Positions 61,241-64,000 of a DNA stretch of 64,000 bases are shown in pieces. Origin of the DNA: an uncultured virus (IMG/VR IMGVR_UViG_2724679570_000003) (lineage: Duplodnaviria > Heunggongvirae > Uroviricota > Caudoviricetes); the IMG/VR virus record IMGVR_UViG_2724679570_000003; one strand, 5' to 3'. Position 1 is the stretch's first letter. Each line of letters begins with the position of its first letter. The translations under genes were made by a program, and so were the position numbers. The notes below the pieces were generated by a model that saw nothing but the letters and a program-made list of their open reading frames with translations, searched no databases and had not been told where the DNA came from.

Positions 61241-62395
61241 ATGACAATACAAAAAGGATTTAAATATAGAATATATCCTAATAAAACTCAAATAGAACAG
61301 ATAGAATTAAGTTTTAAAGCTAAAAGATATGTTTGGAATTATTTCTTGAATATTAATAAACATAGACTTCAACATCATAAAAATATATTAAACTATACTA
61401 AAATGTCAAGATTATTAACACTGCTTAAAAAGAAAAATATATGGCTTAAACAATGTGAAAAATCTGTATTGCAAAATACTTTAAAATTTCAATATGAAAC
61501 ATTTTTAAAATTCTTTAAAAAAGAATGTGGATTTCCTAAGTTTAAATCATATAAAAATAATTATCAATCTATTAAAATAAATTTTACAAACAATAATATA
61601 GAGATATTAGAAAAAGAAATAAGATATACATCTACAGGTAAATATAAAAAACAAAATTGTAAAATTAAATTACCTAAATTAAAACAAATTAGAATAGCTT
61701 ATTCAAGACAGTATCAAGGCAGAATAGTATCATCTACTTTATCAAGAGATACGAATGGTAAATATTATATCAGTTTATGCTGTGTAGATGTACCACAAGA
61801 AAATAAAGAGAAAACAGGTTTAGTAGTTGGAATAGATTTAGGCATTAAAGAATTTGCAACTACAAGTGATAATAAAATTATTTCTAATCCTAAATATTAT
61901 AGAAAATATGAAGATAAATTAATAAAAGCTCAAAGAAAACTTAGTAAACGTAAAAAAGGTAGTAATAATAGAAATAAACAAAGATTGAAAGTAAATAAAT
62001 ATCATAAGAAAATATGTAATTGTAGGATAGATTTTCTTCAGAAACTAACTACAGATTTTATTAATAAATATGATATTATTTGTTTAGAAGATTTAAATGT
62101 TAGTGGTATGTTACAAAATCATAAATTAGCTAAAAGCATAGCAGATGCAAGTTTCTTTGAGTTCAATAGAGAGTTAGAATATAAATCTAAATGGTATGAT
62201 AAAACAACATCTAAAATAGATAGATTTTATCCTAGTAGTCAATTATGTAGTAATTGTGACAATCAATCACAACAAACTAAAGATTTAGGAGTTAGGACTT
62301 ATATATGTCCAAAATGTGGGTTAGAAATAGATAGAGATTATAATGCTAGTATAAATATTTTAAATGAAGGTTTAAGATTATTGAAAGCAAGTTAA
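61241..62395 (+). CDS. tnpB: IS200/IS605-family RNA-guided nuclease TnpB
   Basis: FKYRIYP N-terminus; RuvC GIDLG / LEDL / DRDYNAS all intact; CxxC..CPxC Zn finger. Confidence 0.95.
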   Translation: MTIQKGFKYRIYPNKTQIEQIELSFKAKRYVWNYFLNINKHRLQHHKNILNYTKMSRLLTLLKKKNIWLKQCEKSVLQNTLKFQYETFLKFFKKECGFPKFKSYKNNYQSIKINFTNNNIEILEKEIRYTSTGKYKKQNCKIKLPKLKQIRIAYSRQYQGRIVSSTLSRDTNGKYYISLCCVDVPQENKEKTGLVVGIDLGIKEFATTSDNKIISNPKYYRKYEDKLIKAQRKLSKRKKGSNNRNKQRLKVNKYHKKICNCRIDFLQKLTTDFINKYDIICLEDLNVSGMLQNHKLAKSIADASFFEFNRELEYKSKWYDKTTSKIDRFYPSSQLCSNCDNQSQQTKDLGVRTYICPKCGLEIDRDYNASINILNEGLRLLKAS

Positions 62396-62413
62396 AAATA
62401 ATTTAAATATATA

Positions 62414-62530
62414 AATAAATAACCATAGGAACTATGGAGATAGCTTGGTAAATTTACTTACAATAATAGGTATTACCCAAGAATCCCGGGACTTTTGTCG
62501 TGGGAGGTTCAAAATATTGCCAACCTAGAA
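62414..62530 (+). ncRNA. TnpB omegaRNA scaffold, right end and guide
   Basis: Right-end hairpin CCCGGGAC-TTTT-GTCGTGGG then AGGTTCAA; guide begins at 62513. Confidence 0.75.
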
Positions 62531-62594
62531 AAAGTTTTTATATATCTTGTATATTATAAAATTATTTTATATTTGTCAATATTTTTTATACTAC

Positions 62595-62620
62595 TTACTC
62601 ACGACTGAAGTCACGAGTAT
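62595..62620 (-). mobile_element. IS200/IS605-type end hairpin remnant, inverted
   Basis: Minus strand ACTCGTGAC-TTCA-GTCGTGAGT resembles the right-end hairpin. Confidence 0.5.
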
Positions 62621-62685
62621 GCGTGGTGCTTTTATAATCAATTTGTTATAATATATACATATATTAAAATTATATATGGAATTAT

Positions 62686-63066
62686 TTGTATATTGGAGGT
62701 ATCATTGTGAAAAAGAAAAAGTTTTTTAAATTGGTCTTGCTATGTTTAAGTTTTATTTTATGTTTAGGATTGTTTGTTGGGTGTAGTGATAGTTCAGGCA
62801 GAGGTAATGAGAGTGACGAAAGGTATAAAGCATATGAAACAGCAAAATCTTATGTTGAAGATGAACTAAAATCTCCAACTACAGCTGAGTTTGCAAGTAT
62901 AAATGAAGCAAAAATAACTAAATTAGGAAAAGATGAATATCGAATCGAGTCTTATGTAAACGCACAAAATAGTTTCGGTGCAAAAATAAAAAGTACATTT
63001 AGTTGCAGAATTGTTGTTGATTATGACAAAGAAAAAGTAGATTGCTATGATTTGGTAATAAAATAA
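62686..63066 (+). CDS. lipoprotein
   Basis: Signal peptide with lipobox FVGC; LKSP.TAEF...NSFGA; probable start GTG 62707. Confidence 0.8.
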   Translation: MYIGGIIVKKKKFFKLVLLCLSFILCLGLFVGCSDSSGRGNESDERYKAYETAKSYVEDELKSPTTAEFASINEAKITKLGKDEYRIESYVNAQNSFGAKIKSTFSCRIVVDYDKEKVDCYDLVIK

Positions 63067-63084
63067 ATGTATATAATTAATTTT

Positions 63085-63118
63085 AAACCTCTAAATATAT
63101 GATAGTTAGAGGTTTTTT
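63085..63118 (+). terminator. intrinsic terminator
   Basis: AAACCTCTAA...TTAGAGGTTT with T-tract. Confidence 0.65.
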
Positions 63119-63193
63119 GTATAAAAATAATATTTGAAAAACAGGTATGCTATAATAGTTTCAGATAAAACTATATGGAGGTTTTAAAAACAT

Positions 63194-63394
63194 ATGGCAG
63201 TAAAAAATAGATTGAAAGAAATAATAGATGGAAAAGGCTTAAAGCAAACATGGTTAGCAGAGCAAGTAGGAGTAACTAGAGGGACTATATCTAATATATG
63301 TAATAATAGATATAAAACTACTATTGAGCTTGGATTTGAAATAGCTAAAGTATTAGGGGTTGAATTTACTGATATATTTTATTATGAAGACTAG
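63194..63394 (+). CDS. XRE/Cro-family HTH regulator
   Basis: NRLKE....GLKQTWLAEQVGVTRGTIS...IAKVLGV...DIF. Confidence 0.9.
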   Translation: MAVKNRLKEIIDGKGLKQTWLAEQVGVTRGTISNICNNRYKTTIELGFEIAKVLGVEFTDIFYYED

Positions 63395-63516
63395 TGTAAA
63401 AATTATTGTGCTTAATGTATTGACAAACTAAACAAATAATAGTATTATAATATTTGCAAGGTAAAAACAACCAATTAATCCAAGCCTTGCAAATATTATA
63501 ATAGGGAGTTGTCGAT

Positions 63517-63885
63517 ATGTTAAATAAAACAAATGCTATTAATAATATAGAGTGGAAACAAAAAATAATAAATAATGCTAAGAAGCATGAAAAAGAGAAT
63601 GAGGAAATGATTCAGGGGTTAGTCAAAAAACTAAAAACAATTAATCTATTCGGTACTTACATAAAACAAGATAATATTGCATTAGCTATAGAAGATTTCA
63701 TAGTAGAGGAAAATGACTATAACATTTTTATAATAGGACAAGCTTGTTTAAATACTGATGACGGAGAAGATTATATAGAAAATTGTATATTTGGAATTTC
63801 TAAATCAGGATTACTTAATTGGAATGATGATTTGGGAGATATAGAATTGGAATATGCAGATAACATAGTTTTATTAGAGTTATAA
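63517..63885 (+). CDS. hypothetical protein
   Basis: AGGGAGTTG RBS; promoter TTGACA...TATAAT upstream. Confidence 0.65.
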   Translation: MLNKTNAINNIEWKQKIINNAKKHEKENEEMIQGLVKKLKTINLFGTYIKQDNIALAIEDFIVEENDYNIFIIGQACLNTDDGEDYIENCIFGISKSGLLNWNDDLGDIELEYADNIVLLEL

Positions 63886-64000
63886 TATAATTAAGAATAG
63901 TAATTGTAAGAGGATTATATTATGGAACAAAAAAAGGGGGGGGAGAGAGGTAGTATGATAACATTAGATTCTATAAGAGAAAAAAATAAAAATGAACAAT

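Noticed and set aside
61241..62395. TnpB as a nuclease-dead TldR or as Cas12f
   Set aside because: All three RuvC acidic residues are intact, there is no CRISPR array, and a normal IS right end follows.
63928..63945. A-run/G-run as a phase-variation switch
   Set aside because: At the window edge; the downstream gene cannot be assessed and homopolymer sequencing error is possible.

Overview
Very AT-rich segment of a large SPbeta-like/c-st-like clostridial siphophage that probably persists as a phage-plasmid; no integrase is visible. Layout: (i) 1-15.1 kb, an array of small minus-strand early-type genes with sigmaA promoters; (ii) 15.2-17 kb, a non-coding, strand-biased region that may be the genome end; (iii) 17-21.9 kb, FtsK/SpoIIIE ATPase, Replic_Relax relaxase, SpoIIIAC/AD-like membrane proteins and an Mrr nuclease; (iv) 21.9-26 kb, a TubZ-TubR-tubC-TubY type III partition locus with a putative Rep and origin; (v) ParB-like, UvrD and a YonO-type RNA polymerase; (vi) a late region in SPbeta-like order (HU, PhoH, YonK, tRNA-Trp, AntA, phosphoesterase, terminase, portal, head, capsid, tail); (vii) a 59.9-62.6 kb accessory island. 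The main unexplained signals are these. First, a promoter-driven RNA of three ~42-nt H-type pseudoknot repeats with compensatory changes and no toxin gene (type III antitoxin-like). A stand-alone TnpB omegaRNA sits inside it exactly after TTGAT, and it lies beside two other apparent orphan antitoxins and an intact, TnpA-less TnpB. Second, about 45 copies of an asymmetric intergenic motif AAAAYAATTT(R)ATAA, almost always oriented with transcription. Third, a degenerate ~85-bp palindromic repeat family. Fourth, a structured non-coding region ahead of the late operon. All calls come from reading the sequence and from family knowledge; no database searches were run.
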